Source of the DNA: Candidatus Latescibacterota bacterium
GTDB taxonomy: Bacteria; Latescibacterota; UBA2968; UBA8231
Length of the DNA: 64,000 bases
Direction of reading: 5' to 3'
Assembly (NCBI GenBank): GCA_965203175.1
Contig: OZ241867.1
Location: forward strand, 1,664,001-1,728,000
Part shown: positions 1 through 10,152 of the stretch, in pieces
How positions within the stretch are numbered: position 1 is the first letter of the stretch
Layout of the letters: each line of letters starts with the position of its first letter
Position numbers and translations under genes: made by a program
The notes under the pieces: model-generated
What the model was told of the DNA's origin: nothing
Database searches by the model: none
Seen by the model: the letters and a program-made list of their open reading frames with translations, nothing else

Positions 1-768
1 TTGTTCGTAGATTCCCGGCGCGGCTGCGACCAAATCGCGGCCGTCCAATTCTTCCGGCATCTCGCCCTCCACGGGTTGTAAGTGACCGACGCGAGCGCCC
101 GCCTCCCGCGCAATCAGGGCCGCAGCCGCCAAGTCCCAGGGCTTGAGCGCCTCGTAAAAGCCGTCGAGGCGGCCCATCGCCACCCAGCAGAGATCAATTG
201 CGGCCGAGCCTACGCGGCGGATATCGCGGCAGTGTCCGAGGACGCGGCGCAAGCGATCCACCAGCGCCACTCTGCCCTCGGCGGCGTAGGGGAAGCCCGT
301 GCCAATCAGGGCGCGGGATAGCTCGCTGCACTCGCTGGTTCGGATGGCGTGGCCGTTGAGCCAGGCACCCGCATCGCGCCGGGCGGTAAAGGTCTCGTCC
401 ACAAACGGGCAGTGCACCACGCCGACCTGCACTTGGCCGCCTTCGGCAAAGGCAATGGACACGGCTACTTGCTGCTGGTTATAGGCGTAGTTGACGGTGC
501 CGTCAATCGGGTCGATAACCCACAAGGGGCCGCGCAGTTGCGTCGGATCTGTAAGGTGGGGCGAGGACTCTTCGGAGAGGATGCAGTGGTCGGGGAAGGT
601 CTTTTCGATCTCGCCGCGGATGAGATGGTCGGCCTGCAAATCGGCCGACGTCAACAGCTCAATTCCTTCCTTGTAGCTCAGATCCAGTGCCCGGTCTGTC
701 CGTGCTTGGGCGATTAGCACACCAGCGCGCCGGGCGAGGTCTTCGGCAAATTCGAGCGCCTCGCTCAA
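1..768 (-). CDS. Inositol monophosphatase family protein (3' end runs off the window)
   Basis: Manual translation (absent from the ORF track): TTG start overlapping the upstream TGA; motifs ILSEE, WVIDPIDGTVNYA, KPWDLAAA. Confidence 0.9.
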   Translation of the reverse strand, partial: MSEALEFAEDLARRAGVLIAQARTDRALDLSYKEGIELLTSADLQADHLIRGEIEKTFPDHCILSEESSPHLTDPTQLRGPLWVIDPIDGTVNYAYNQQQVAVSIAFAEGGQVQVGVVHCPFVDETFTARRDAGAWLNGHAIRTSECSELSRALIGTGFPYAAEGRVALVDRLRRVLGHCRDIRRVGSAAIDLCWVAMGRLDGFYEALKPWDLAAAALIAREAGARVGHLQPVEGEMPEELDGRDLVAAAPGIYEQ

Positions 769-1901
769 CAGTGCGCCCCTAATTCCATTGGATACGGCGA
801 CAAGTTTTCCAAGCCATCCTCGGTAATCAGGTACATATTTTCCAGGCGCACTCCTGCCCGCGCCTCGGGGATATAGGCCCCCGGCTCGACCGAGACTACA
901 TTGCCCACGCGCAAGGTGCCGCCGCGCTCCTTGTTGAGATCGGGCATCTCGTGCGCCCGCAGGCCGATGTTGTGCCCGGCGTGGTGGATCAAGCCGACGT
1001 CGGCCAATTTGGGATGCTCGCGGATATAGGCGTCCATGGCCACCGCGCATTCGCTGCCGTCCTTGCCCGGCCGCAAATACTCGCCGACGCGGTCGTGGAA
1101 GCCCCTGACGTGCTCGAAGACGGAGTGTTGCACCTCGGTCGGTTCGCCCACTGCAAAGCTGCGGCACAAGTCGGCCCAGTACCCGCGGTACACCGACCAA
1201 GCGTCGATGACGTAGATTTCCCCGGCCTCAATCGGGCGATTGCGCGCAAAACCGCCCAGCTCGCCACACTGGTAGTCGCCGTCGTGAAAAACCTTCTCAC
1301 CGGCCGCAAGATGCGCTGCCCGTTGCGCTGCCGCTAGCACCTCCAGCTCGTTGACGCCCGGAGCCATTGCCGCTTCTGCCGCGGCGTATGCTGCCAGATC
1401 GACCTGCACTACCTTGCGCAACAGCTCGATTTCGTCGGGGTCCTTAACCTCCTGCATGTCGGCGAGTAGCTCATCGATTGCGACCCATGCGGGCGTTTTG
1501 CCCAACCCTTCCTCGACCGCCTGTCCCAAGCGACGCGGCAAAAACTCGCCCTGCCAGCCCAAGCGGCCAGCCGCCGGCTTTTTGGCGCGCAGCGTATCGA
1601 CGATTAGCCCGCTTATCACCTCGCGCAAATCGGGCGTGACCGTGCCGCCGACGCTGAGGGAAAAGGTGAAACACTCGTCGGCGCACGGCTCGCCTTCGTC
1701 AGTATGCGCGATCAGCAAGGACCGTCCATCGGCCCCCAGCCAAAAAATCGCCGGTGGGCCGGGGAATTCCTCGGGGATGATGATCCCGGTGAAGTAGTAG
1801 ATTTCTTTCGGATGGTTGATCACGGCCGCGTCGATGTCGAGTTCGGCCAGCCGCGCACACAGGCGCTGCTGCCGCGAGCGGCATCCTTCTTTGGTCAGCA
1901 T
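765..1901 (-). CDS. Xaa-Pro peptidase family (M24) protein
   Basis: HHAGHNIGLRAHEMP, SVEPGAY and GVRLENMYLIT pita-bread motifs; creatinase-like N-terminus. Confidence 0.9.
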   Translation of the reverse strand: MLTKEGCRSRQQRLCARLAELDIDAAVINHPKEIYYFTGIIIPEEFPGPPAIFWLGADGRSLLIAHTDEGEPCADECFTFSLSVGGTVTPDLREVISGLIVDTLRAKKPAAGRLGWQGEFLPRRLGQAVEEGLGKTPAWVAIDELLADMQEVKDPDEIELLRKVVQVDLAAYAAAEAAMAPGVNELEVLAAAQRAAHLAAGEKVFHDGDYQCGELGGFARNRPIEAGEIYVIDAWSVYRGYWADLCRSFAVGEPTEVQHSVFEHVRGFHDRVGEYLRPGKDGSECAVAMDAYIREHPKLADVGLIHHAGHNIGLRAHEMPDLNKERGGTLRVGNVVSVEPGAYIPEARAGVRLENMYLITEDGLENLSPYPMELGAHC

Positions 1902-2097
1902 TGTACTTTCCTTTTTGGCACTGCCGCCAGCGGCGTACGCTGGTATGCAGCTTGGTTTCTGTCAATCACAACTGCGACGGGACGGACATATTAACGAACC
2001 GCATCGCTCCTGAAAAGTAGGCTGAGCGCCCTGCGCCTTGAGCCACCCGCTAGCTGCTCTGTATATTCTCAGCCCATTTTCAAACGAAAGTATATCT

Positions 2098-3270
2098 ATG
2101 ATTTCGATCCGACTCATTCTGGCTGCCTGTCTGTTCTTTACCGCAGTCCCAGCATCGAGCAAAGGCTTCCACGGCTTCGACCCGGCCACCTACGACGGCC
2201 TGATGCTCCCGCCGGCAACGCTACAGGCAATGGCCGCCGAAGCCGCGCAACACTCACCCGCCAAAAACGGCAAAAACCTAGTCTTTGGCTTCGCCAACCT
2301 ACAGCGCGACATCAGCTTCGGCATCAAGGTCGAAAAGAGCATTGAGCGCAACGCCGAGGCCGCTGGCATCGAACTGCTGATCGCCGACAACCGGCTCGAC
2401 GGGCCGACCGCCCTTGCCAACGCCGAGAGCTTTGCCCGGCGCCAAGTTGACTTCTGCATCGAGTTCCAAACCGACGTCAACTTTGGCCCGGCGATCATGC
2501 AGCACTTCAACCGCAAGCAGATCGGCGTGGTCGCCATCGACATTCCCATGCCGGGGGCCACCTACTTCGGTGCCAACAACCCCCGCTCGGGTTTTATGGG
2601 GGGTTCCTATCTAGCGCAAGCGGCCAAAGTGCGCTTTGGCGACCGGGCGCTTGCGGAGGGATACTTCGTCGTCGGCGAACTGCCGCAGTCGGGCGCGATC
2701 CCCGCCATGCGCACGGAGGGCCAGATCGCCGGCTTCCTCGCCTCGCTGCCCGGCTTCTCTCCTGAACGCATCATCCGCATCGACACCAAGAACACGCTGC
2801 AGTACTCCTTCCAGCAGATGAGCAACGCGCTCGGCCGCATCCCTCAGGGTTCGCCGATCCTGATCACCGCCATCAACGACCAGTCAGTCTCCGGCATGTT
2901 GCGCGCCGTACAGCAACAGGGGCGCGGCGCAGACGCGCTGGTCGTCGGCAAGGGTGCCGACGAGTTGGAGACAATGGTCGCCGAGGAGCACTTCATCGCC
3001 TCGGTCGCCTATTTCCCCGAGCGCTACGGCAACTATCTCATCCCGCTGAGCCTGATGCGCTTAGCGGGCCACGACGTGCCGCCAGCGGTCGCCGTCAACC
3101 ACGTGATGATCAGCCCGGCCAATATCTGTCAATTCTACCCCGAATACGAATGCCAAGGCGAGCCGGGCTTCGAGTACGTCTTCCCACAGGAAGCCTTTGT
3201 CGAACACTTGGCGACCCTGAAGGACAAACCCGAACTCGCCGGCTACGAGCAGTTGATCCCCGACCACTAG
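2098..3270 (+). CDS. Sugar ABC transporter substrate-binding protein (RbsB-like)
   Basis: Signal peptide from ATG 2098; periplasmic binding motifs (VVAIDIP, AINDQS); first gene of an ABC operon. Confidence 0.85.
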   Translation: MISIRLILAACLFFTAVPASSKGFHGFDPATYDGLMLPPATLQAMAAEAAQHSPAKNGKNLVFGFANLQRDISFGIKVEKSIERNAEAAGIELLIADNRLDGPTALANAESFARRQVDFCIEFQTDVNFGPAIMQHFNRKQIGVVAIDIPMPGATYFGANNPRSGFMGGSYLAQAAKVRFGDRALAEGYFVVGELPQSGAIPAMRTEGQIAGFLASLPGFSPERIIRIDTKNTLQYSFQQMSNALGRIPQGSPILITAINDQSVSGMLRAVQQQGRGADALVVGKGADELETMVAEEHFIASVAYFPERYGNYLIPLSLMRLAGHDVPPAVAVNHVMISPANICQFYPEYECQGEPGFEYVFPQEAFVEHLATLKDKPELAGYEQLIPDH

Positions 3271-3271
3271 T

Positions 3272-4783
3272 ATGAGCCATACCGCACCCCTCCTGCACCT
3301 GGAGGGCATTTGCAAATCCTTCGGCAGCGCCCAAGTCTTGCGCGAGGTCGATCTCCGCTTAGACGCCGGGGAGGTCTTAGCGCTGCTGGGTGCCAATGGG
3401 GCAGGTAAATCCACGCTAGTGAAAATCCTCTGCGGCGTGTACAGTCGCGACGCTGGCACCGTCCGCCTCAACGACCAAGCAGTGCGCTACGACCGGCCCG
3501 AAGAGGCCATTGCCCACGGCGTCCGCTTTTTGCCGCAGGAAGTGTCGGTCCTGCCCGACCTCACGGTCGCCGAAAACATCCTCATCGCCGACCTGCCGCT
3601 CAAACGCTCGTGGCTTGGCAAGCAAGTAGATCGCCCAGCGCTGCGCACCAAAGCGCGGGCACTGCTCGACCGGCTCGGCTGCGACTTCGACCCCGACGCG
3701 CCGGTACACCAACTCTCCGCGCCGCACAAGCGCTTGGTGGAAATCGCCCGCGCGCTCGCCGGCCAAGCGCGGGTCATCGTCATGGACGAGCCAACCGCCT
3801 CCCTCGCCGACCGCGAGGTGCAAGCGCTCTTCGCCGTCGTCGAGCGGCTCAAGGCGCAGCAGATCGGCATCATCTACATCTCCCACTACCTCGACGAGGT
3901 CTTCGAGATCGCCGACCGCATCACCGTGCTCCGCGACGGGCTAAACGCCGGCGATTTCGCCACCGCCACGGCTTCGCGGCGCGCAGTCCTCGACGCCATG
4001 CTCGGCACTACCGTCGATGAACTCTACCCACCGCGCGGCACAAGCATTGGCGAGGTTGCGCTGAAGGTAGAAAACCTGAATTTGCCCAGTGCGCTCGACA
4101 GCGTATCCTTTGCGCTCCACCGGGGCGAGATTCTCGGCGTCTTCGGCCTGCTCGGCTCGGGGATTGACCAACTTGGCCGGGCCATCTACGGCGCGCTGGG
4201 GCCGCTGCCCGGCGCACGCATTGCGCTCGAGGGTGCGCCTTATACCCCTATCAATCCGCGCCGGGGCCGCGACGCGGGCATCGGTTTCGTCGCCGCCGAA
4301 CGCCAGCGCGAAGGCATCGTCCCCGACCTCGGCGTCAGTGCCAATATCACCTTGCCCTTTATCGACCGCTTCGTGCGCTTGTTCTCTGTGTCCAAACCCC
4401 GCGAAGTAAGCCACGCGCAAAACTGGATCGACCGCCTGGAAATTCGCGCCGCCCATCTCGACCAGCCGCTGCGCTTGCTCTCGGGCGGCAATCAGCAAAA
4501 GGCCTGCTTGGCCCGCTGGCTGGTCGAGGGCCTCAAAGTGCTCATCCTCGAAGAACCGACCCGAGGCGTGGACGTGGGCGCTCGCCACGAACTCTACTTG
4601 GCACTGCGGCAGTGGACCCAACAGGGCCTTGCCGTACTCTTGATTTCCTCCGACGCCGAAGAAATCGCCGGCGTCTGCGATCGTTCCATTGTGCTCGACC
4701 GCGGTCGGGTCTCCAGCCGCTTTTCCGTCGGCGCAGACCCGGCCGACCTGCTCCATACTCCGACTGCGAAAGACCATCCATGA
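3272..4783 (+). CDS. Sugar ABC transporter ATP-binding protein (two ABC domains)
   Basis: GANGAGKST, MDEPTASL, LSGGNQQK, EEPTRGVDVGA. Confidence 0.95.
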   Translation: MSHTAPLLHLEGICKSFGSAQVLREVDLRLDAGEVLALLGANGAGKSTLVKILCGVYSRDAGTVRLNDQAVRYDRPEEAIAHGVRFLPQEVSVLPDLTVAENILIADLPLKRSWLGKQVDRPALRTKARALLDRLGCDFDPDAPVHQLSAPHKRLVEIARALAGQARVIVMDEPTASLADREVQALFAVVERLKAQQIGIIYISHYLDEVFEIADRITVLRDGLNAGDFATATASRRAVLDAMLGTTVDELYPPRGTSIGEVALKVENLNLPSALDSVSFALHRGEILGVFGLLGSGIDQLGRAIYGALGPLPGARIALEGAPYTPINPRRGRDAGIGFVAAERQREGIVPDLGVSANITLPFIDRFVRLFSVSKPREVSHAQNWIDRLEIRAAHLDQPLRLLSGGNQQKACLARWLVEGLKVLILEEPTRGVDVGARHELYLALRQWTQQGLAVLLISSDAEEIAGVCDRSIVLDRGRVSSRFSVGADPADLLHTPTAKDHP

Positions 4784-5733
4784 GTATCGCCACCTTATTA
4801 AATCGCCCCGGCGCTGGCGTCGCCCTGTTATTGATATTCTACCTCTTGGTCGCCGTGCTCTTCAGCGTGCTCTCGCCTTGGTTTTTGTCCTTCGACAATA
4901 TGGTGAGCATTGGTGCCAATATGGCCTTTATCGGCTTGATGTGCGCGTTGCAAACGCCGCTGATCATCGCCGGGGGTCTCGATCTGTCGGTGGCCGCGGT
5001 CGCCGGGCTGGCCGGGGTCGTCGTCGCGCTGCTCCACGCCTCGGGTGTTGGCATTGTCGCGGCCTGTCTCATCGCGCTGGCACTGGGAGGGGGCATCGGG
5101 TTGCTCAATGGCTTGTTGGTTGTGCGCCTCGGGCTCAACTCGCTGATCGCCACTCTGGGCACGATGAGCGTTATCGGCGGGTTGGCCCTAGTCCTGACCG
5201 GCGGGCTGACCAAGCCACTGATGGAACCCGGTTTCAACTGGATCGGCAGCGGCCAGCTTTTGCGGCTGCCGGTGCCGTTGGTACTGATGCTGCTGGTTTA
5301 TATCGCGCTCGGCTGGGTGCTCGCGCGGACCCGCTTCGGCCGCTTCGTCTATGCCGCAGGCAGCAACGCCGAGGCCAGTCGGCTTGTCGGCGTCCCCGTC
5401 GCCCGCACCCTGATGATCCTCTACGTCCTCTCCGGCCTCAGCGGCGCGGTCAGCGGCCTCATCCTCGCGGCCATGCTCTACGCGGCGGCACCCGACGCAG
5501 CGGGGCAGCATTTGTTGACGGTGATCGCCGCTGTGATCTTGGGTGGCACGAGCCTTTTCGGGGGACGCGGCACGGTCTGGGGGACCTTGTTGGCGGTGCT
5601 CTTGCTCGGCACCCTCAACAACGGGCTGACGCTGATGGATGTGTCGAGCTTCTGGCAGGATGTAACGCGCGGAGCAGTGCTCCTGTTGGCCGTCGGCCTC
5701 GACCAAGTTCGCACTCGCGCTACAGGCGCTTGA
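4780..5733 (+). CDS. Sugar ABC transporter permease (RbsC-like)
   Basis: GGLDLSV, RFGRFVYAAGSN, IAAVILGGTSLFGGRG; ATGA overlap with the ATPase gene. Confidence 0.93.
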   Translation: MSIATLLNRPGAGVALLLIFYLLVAVLFSVLSPWFLSFDNMVSIGANMAFIGLMCALQTPLIIAGGLDLSVAAVAGLAGVVVALLHASGVGIVAACLIALALGGGIGLLNGLLVVRLGLNSLIATLGTMSVIGGLALVLTGGLTKPLMEPGFNWIGSGQLLRLPVPLVLMLLVYIALGWVLARTRFGRFVYAAGSNAEASRLVGVPVARTLMILYVLSGLSGAVSGLILAAMLYAAAPDAAGQHLLTVIAAVILGGTSLFGGRGTVWGTLLAVLLLGTLNNGLTLMDVSSFWQDVTRGAVLLLAVGLDQVRTRATGA

Positions 5734-5786
5734 TAAGTAAATTTAATGAATTCACTGAGCTTACCTTTCCAAGGAAAAAAAATCTC

Positions 5787-7607
5787 ATGATGAAAAACAG
5801 AATATTGCCCACCTCGACATCGATGATTCCTGTCGTCGGCCTGCTCGTGCTGGCCGGTGCCTTTTTTGTGGCGCACCCCGCCTTGGCGCAGACGGATCTA
5901 GACTGTCCACTGCCTCCCGACTGGACTCCTCCGTCTGTGACTGCGGAACAGGTGGAAAACGGCAGCGCCAGTCTGAGGGACTTCGCGCTGGTTGCGCGAG
6001 ATTCGTTCCGGGTCGCGACCGAGCGATTAACGGGCAGGGGCCAATTGTACAATTCTGCATGCATCGTCAGGGAGGAAGGGGGTCCTTGGCGTTCGGGTTC
6101 CACCTACTTGGTGCAACTGACGGCCGAAGGTAGGGTGCGCATTCACGCGAATGACATGGCGTTGTCGGGCCGACTTCTCAAGCCCCGAATTTATTTCGAA
6201 ATCCTTTCTTCGCTGGGAGTCCCCGCAACCGTTCTGGCCAATCTGGTTTCTCCCGATTCTAGTACAGTCGCCCAAGCGCAAGCCGCCGTCGTTGCCACAT
6301 TATCGCAAGAACCGGATGCTGCGTTTGATGCGACCGGCCCCTCAGCGGTGGGCCCGGGGATACCAGGTGCCGTCGGCTACGCTAGCGTTTACATCAGCGG
6401 CGTACGTACGTTTCCGATCATACTGCTCGCCGGATTCGAGTTGGATGCATCGCACTTGGCTCAAGAACCAATTGATTACGGCGACCCGGCCATTACGGCC
6501 AAGGAGGTGGTGGATCGCGAAACCCTGAAGGCCTTCGTCGCGGAAGCAGGAAAGTACTTTAGCAGGCTCCAAGGGACCGGCGTTCAAGGTGCCATCTTAA
6601 AAGCCAAAATTGCCCTCAGGGATCCGAACGGGCCTTGGCGACACGGTAACGTGTACATCGGTGTCGTGGATCGCATCAGCAACATCATCGTGTTTCACGG
6701 AGGATTTCCGGATCGATTCGAGCTGCGACCTCCGGGGGTTTCCCGAGACGCCGTGACCGGGGAACTCATTATAAATCAGCTCAACGCCGCAGCGGCTAGC
6801 GGCCCGGAAGGCGGCTTCTGGAATTACCACTTCGACAATCCCACAGACGACACCGACAGTGCCGACATTCCCAAAGTGGGCTACGCCCGCGAGTTCTCGG
6901 GTGAAGTCCTTAGGCCAGATGGAAGCTACCTCCCATTCAGCTTCATCATTAATTCGGGTTTTTATCGGATCCCCGGTGATGTCTCGGCCGTTCGCCTTAT
7001 GGAAATGGAAGTGGAGGCCACGGTCCTAGGCGATGCGGTCGAAGGGTTGACCGTCGAGTTTTCCCGCGCCATCGCCGGCCACCCGCCCAACTACGTCTGG
7101 AGCGCGGTCACCGACGCCAACGGCCACGTGTCTCTGACCATCTCCAGCGCCGCACGCCGGGTGAGCGGTTACTATCGGGCCCAAGCCCGCAATGCCGCTG
7201 GCGAAGTCGTCGGTCAATGGCACAGCATTCCCCTCAATCAGAACCTACGCCAAGTGTTGGAATTGCCGCTGGACGGCGACGTGAGAATCGTGCAGGTCGA
7301 ATCACTGGCCGCCGCCAAGGCCGTGGCCGCAACCAGCGGTTTGGCACCTAATGTGCCCAATCCCTTTAACAGCGCGACGCAGATTGCTTATCACTTGTCC
7401 AGCCCCGGCCCGGTGCAGTTGGTGATCTACAATGTGCTGGGTCAGCCGGTACGTACGTTGGTGGATCAGTTCCAAGCCGCCGGCTCCTACCAAGCCCAGT
7501 GGGATGCTCGCGACCAGCGAGGCACCTCGCTGTCGTCGGGGGTCTATATCACCCGTCTGAGCTATCCCGGCGGGGAGCAGACGCAGCGGCTGCTCTACCT
7601 CAAGTAG
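5787..7607 (+). CDS. Secreted protein with two Cache-like repeats and a C-terminal FlgD-Ig/T9SS-CTD-like domain
   Basis: SD and ATG at 5787, signal peptide (PALAQ); internal repeat GPWRSGSTY / GPWRHGNVY; C-terminal PNPFNSATQIAY...YNVLGQPVRTLV...SGVY. Confidence 0.75.
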   Translation: MMKNRILPTSTSMIPVVGLLVLAGAFFVAHPALAQTDLDCPLPPDWTPPSVTAEQVENGSASLRDFALVARDSFRVATERLTGRGQLYNSACIVREEGGPWRSGSTYLVQLTAEGRVRIHANDMALSGRLLKPRIYFEILSSLGVPATVLANLVSPDSSTVAQAQAAVVATLSQEPDAAFDATGPSAVGPGIPGAVGYASVYISGVRTFPIILLAGFELDASHLAQEPIDYGDPAITAKEVVDRETLKAFVAEAGKYFSRLQGTGVQGAILKAKIALRDPNGPWRHGNVYIGVVDRISNIIVFHGGFPDRFELRPPGVSRDAVTGELIINQLNAAAASGPEGGFWNYHFDNPTDDTDSADIPKVGYAREFSGEVLRPDGSYLPFSFIINSGFYRIPGDVSAVRLMEMEVEATVLGDAVEGLTVEFSRAIAGHPPNYVWSAVTDANGHVSLTISSAARRVSGYYRAQARNAAGEVVGQWHSIPLNQNLRQVLELPLDGDVRIVQVESLAAAKAVAATSGLAPNVPNPFNSATQIAYHLSSPGPVQLVIYNVLGQPVRTLVDQFQAAGSYQAQWDARDQRGTSLSSGVYITRLSYPGGEQTQRLLYLK

Positions 7608-7628
7608 CGCCGGAACGGTTCGTAGCCT

Positions 7629-7700
7629 AAGAAGCCGTCTGAAGATCCCTGATACGCCTTGAGCACGAGGCGTACGGGGTTTTCAGACGGCTTCTTTTTT
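7629..7700. terminator. Long hairpin or bidirectional terminator between convergent genes (possible MITE relic)
   Basis: AAGAAGCCGTCTGAA...TTCAGACGGCTTCTT followed by a T-run; inner stem TACGCC/GGCGTA. Confidence 0.7.
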
Positions 7701-7748
7701 GAGGAGGGGAGCAGTCCGTCCCAGCATTGGGGACGCCACTCACGTTTA

Positions 7749-8603
7749 CTATAGGTCCTCGACCGTGTCGCCCTGCTGGTACGAGCCCAAGATGCGGACG
7801 AATTCGGCAGTGTCCTGAAGTTGCTCCACGGCTTGGGCGCAAGCCGCCTGCTCCACGTGGCCCTGCAAATCGAGATAGAAGACGTATTCCCAGGGCCGTT
7901 CGGGCATGGGCCGCGACTCGATTTTGAGCAGGTTGATGCCGCGCTCGGCAAAGGCTGCGAGGCCCCGACACAGCGCGCCCGGCACGTGCTTTAGCGCAAA
8001 GACGAGCGTGGTCTTGGCTGGCTCGGCTGGCGCTGACGCGGCGTACCGGTTCACCACCAAAAAGCGGGTAAAATTGTGCGGGGCGTCCTCAATGCCGGGA
8101 ACGAGAATTTCCATCCCGTACGCGGCGGCCGCGCGCGCTCCGGCGATAGCCCCGCGATCGCGTGCGCCGCTAGTGGCTAGTTCTTTGACCGCGCCAGCCG
8201 TATCATCCGCCGCTATCGTCTGCGCATCGGCCAACGAGTGAATGAAGCGAGTGCATTGGGCCAAGGCGGGCGGTTGCGACGCAATGTAGCGGATGTCTGC
8301 TAGCTGCACGCCTCGGTTGACGATGAGGTTGTGGACGATGCGCAGCTTGATTTCGCCGACGATGTGGACATTGCTCTGCAGCAGCAGGTCGTAGTTCTCG
8401 TGAATGCTGCCCATCAGCGAGTTTTCGATGGGCACGACTCCGCAAGCGCAAGACCCGTCTTCCACCGAGGCAAAAAGCGCCTTGAAATCGGGCCGTGGTG
8501 CCAATTGAATCGCTGGAGAAAAATAGGCTCGCGCCGCCGCCTCGCTGAACGACCCGGCGTGCCCTTGGATGGCCACAGGTCCGCACGTCTCTGTTCGCTT
8601 CAT
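7749..8603 (-). CDS. pheA: Prephenate dehydratase
   Basis: GVVPIENS, NFTRFLVV, ACT domain LLKIESRP, RILGSY. Confidence 0.93.
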   Translation of the reverse strand: MKRTETCGPVAIQGHAGSFSEAAARAYFSPAIQLAPRPDFKALFASVEDGSCACGVVPIENSLMGSIHENYDLLLQSNVHIVGEIKLRIVHNLIVNRGVQLADIRYIASQPPALAQCTRFIHSLADAQTIAADDTAGAVKELATSGARDRGAIAGARAAAAYGMEILVPGIEDAPHNFTRFLVVNRYAASAPAEPAKTTLVFALKHVPGALCRGLAAFAERGINLLKIESRPMPERPWEYVFYLDLQGHVEQAACAQAVEQLQDTAEFVRILGSYQQGDTVEDL

Positions 8604-9232
8604 ATACTCAATTTTTCTTCACGGCTTGTTTGGACATTTGCTTGATCGTACTCCTTTTTCCATTTCAAATAGCCAAAAACGATGATAACCAGATACGCGA
8701 TAAACAACAAAGCGGTCAGGTAAAGCCCTCGGCTGTAGTAGAGGTAAACCGAGACGCTGTCGATGACAAACCAATACACCCAATTCTCCAAAATTTTCCT
8801 CGTCACCATATAGGTCGTCACCACCGCATACCAAGTGGTGAAGGCATCGATATAAGGCAAGGCCGCCTCTGTATTTTCGCTCAAAAAATACCCAGATGTC
8901 ACCACAACGGCCCCTGTCACAGCAATGACCACGACGTGCTTTTTGAGCGGCCAAGTAGAAATGGGCAGCGTCGCGGATTGATCGGTGGGCTGCCGCCATT
9001 GGTACCAGCCATAGACCGCCATGCCCAAGTAGTAAATCTGTAGGGCCGACTCTAGGAACAGGTTGACATCGAAAAAGACGTAGATGTAAATCGCGGTGCT
9101 GGCGAAAGCCGCGCCCCAACACCAGATGTTTTCCCGCGCCGCCAAGACCAAGTAGAGAATCGCCAAGACGACAGCCGGTACTTCCCACCAAGAGGTCAGT
9201 TCCAGCGCTTGGAGAATCGCTGGGGTTTCCAT
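8600..9232 (-). CDS. pnuC: PnuC-family nicotinamide riboside/vitamin transporter
   Basis: ENIWCW, YGWYQW, PYIDAFTT, KILENWVYW; multiple TM segments. Confidence 0.88.
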   Translation of the reverse strand: METPAILQALELTSWWEVPAVVLAILYLVLAARENIWCWGAAFASTAIYIYVFFDVNLFLESALQIYYLGMAVYGWYQWRQPTDQSATLPISTWPLKKHVVVIAVTGAVVVTSGYFLSENTEAALPYIDAFTTWYAVVTTYMVTRKILENWVYWFVIDSVSVYLYYSRGLYLTALLFIAYLVIIVFGYLKWKKEYDQANVQTSREEKLSI

Positions 9233-9233
9233 C

Positions 9234-9281
9234 TCAGATCCACCAGCGTTCGCTTGGCTCGTTGTGCTGTTCGGCGAGCAT
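9234..9281 (-). CDS. 15-aa short ORF MLAEQHNEPSERWWI (leader peptide or deletion scar)
   Basis: AAAGGA SD 6 nt before the ATG; stop 1 nt before the pnuC ATG. Confidence 0.4.
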   Translation of the reverse strand: MLAEQHNEPSERWWI

Positions 9282-9375
9282 GTTATTTCCTTTGGCGCGG
9301 TTGCGCGTATAGTGGGTTCTGCCTATCAGTATATCGCTTTAGCTTACACCAAATTGCAATCGACGGGAGCGATTC

Positions 9376-10152
9376 ATGCACCAGATCACCGACGCCCAAA
9401 AGCAGCAATTCAAAGAAGAGGGCTATTTCATCCTCGAAAACGCCATCCCCGACCATCATCTCGACCTCCTGCGCGGCGAGTGCCAAGCCTTCATCGACAA
9501 AGCCAACGCCCGGATGGACGCCGAGGGCACAGATAGCCTAGGCCTCAATCACCGCAACAGCCGCTACTTTGTCTCCAATTGCTTCCGCGAGCAGCCGCGC
9601 CTGCGCGAGTTCCTCTTCAGCCCCCTAATGGCCGACATCTGCCAAGCCACCTTAGGCGACGACGCCTACTTGTTCTGGGAGCAATACGTGGTCAAGGGCG
9701 CTGAGGCGGGCATGAAGTTCTCTTGGCACCAAGACTCGGGCTACGTCGGCTACCCGGATCACAAGCCGTATCTAACCTGTTGGTGCGCCCTCGACGACAT
9801 GTCCGAGGCCAATGGCACCGTCCACTTACTGCCTTTTTCGCGCTCGGGCATTCGCACGTGGGTCAAGCACGTCCGCGAGGAGGGGAGCAACGATTTGATC
9901 GGCTATTTCGGCAGCGATCCCGGCGTCTCGGTCGTCGCCCCGGCCGGCAGCATTGCCGTCTTCACCAGCTACAACTTCCACTCCAGCGGCACCAACACCA
10001 CCGACCAGATGCGCCGCGTGTACTTGGCCCAGTACTCCTGCGAGCCGCTAACTTCGGCCGACGGCAGCAAACTCTGGGGGAATGCCGAGCCTTTTCTCAA
10101 GGCGGGTGAATTGGTCGAGCCGCCGCCCGAGCTCACCAAGTCCGCTCCTTGA
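9376..10152 (+). CDS. Phytanoyl-CoA dioxygenase (PhyH) family Fe(II)/2OG oxygenase
   Basis: WHQD...FHSSGTN facial triad; EEGYFILENAI. Confidence 0.9.
   Translation: MHQITDAQKQQFKEEGYFILENAIPDHHLDLLRGECQAFIDKANARMDAEGTDSLGLNHRNSRYFVSNCFREQPRLREFLFSPLMADICQATLGDDAYLFWEQYVVKGAEAGMKFSWHQDSGYVGYPDHKPYLTCWCALDDMSEANGTVHLLPFSRSGIRTWVKHVREEGSNDLIGYFGSDPGVSVVAPAGSIAVFTSYNFHSSGTNTTDQMRRVYLAQYSCEPLTSADGSKLWGNAEPFLKAGELVEPPPELTKSAP

Noticed and set aside
4689-5786. N-terminal 366 aa of the 972-aa ORF
   Set aside because: Shadow frame over the ABC permease; SD and signal peptide place the real start at 5787
7634-7691. GCCGTCTGAA inverted pair equal to the Neisseria DNA uptake sequence
   Set aside because: Only one pair noticed in 64 kb; true DUS genomes carry them at high density
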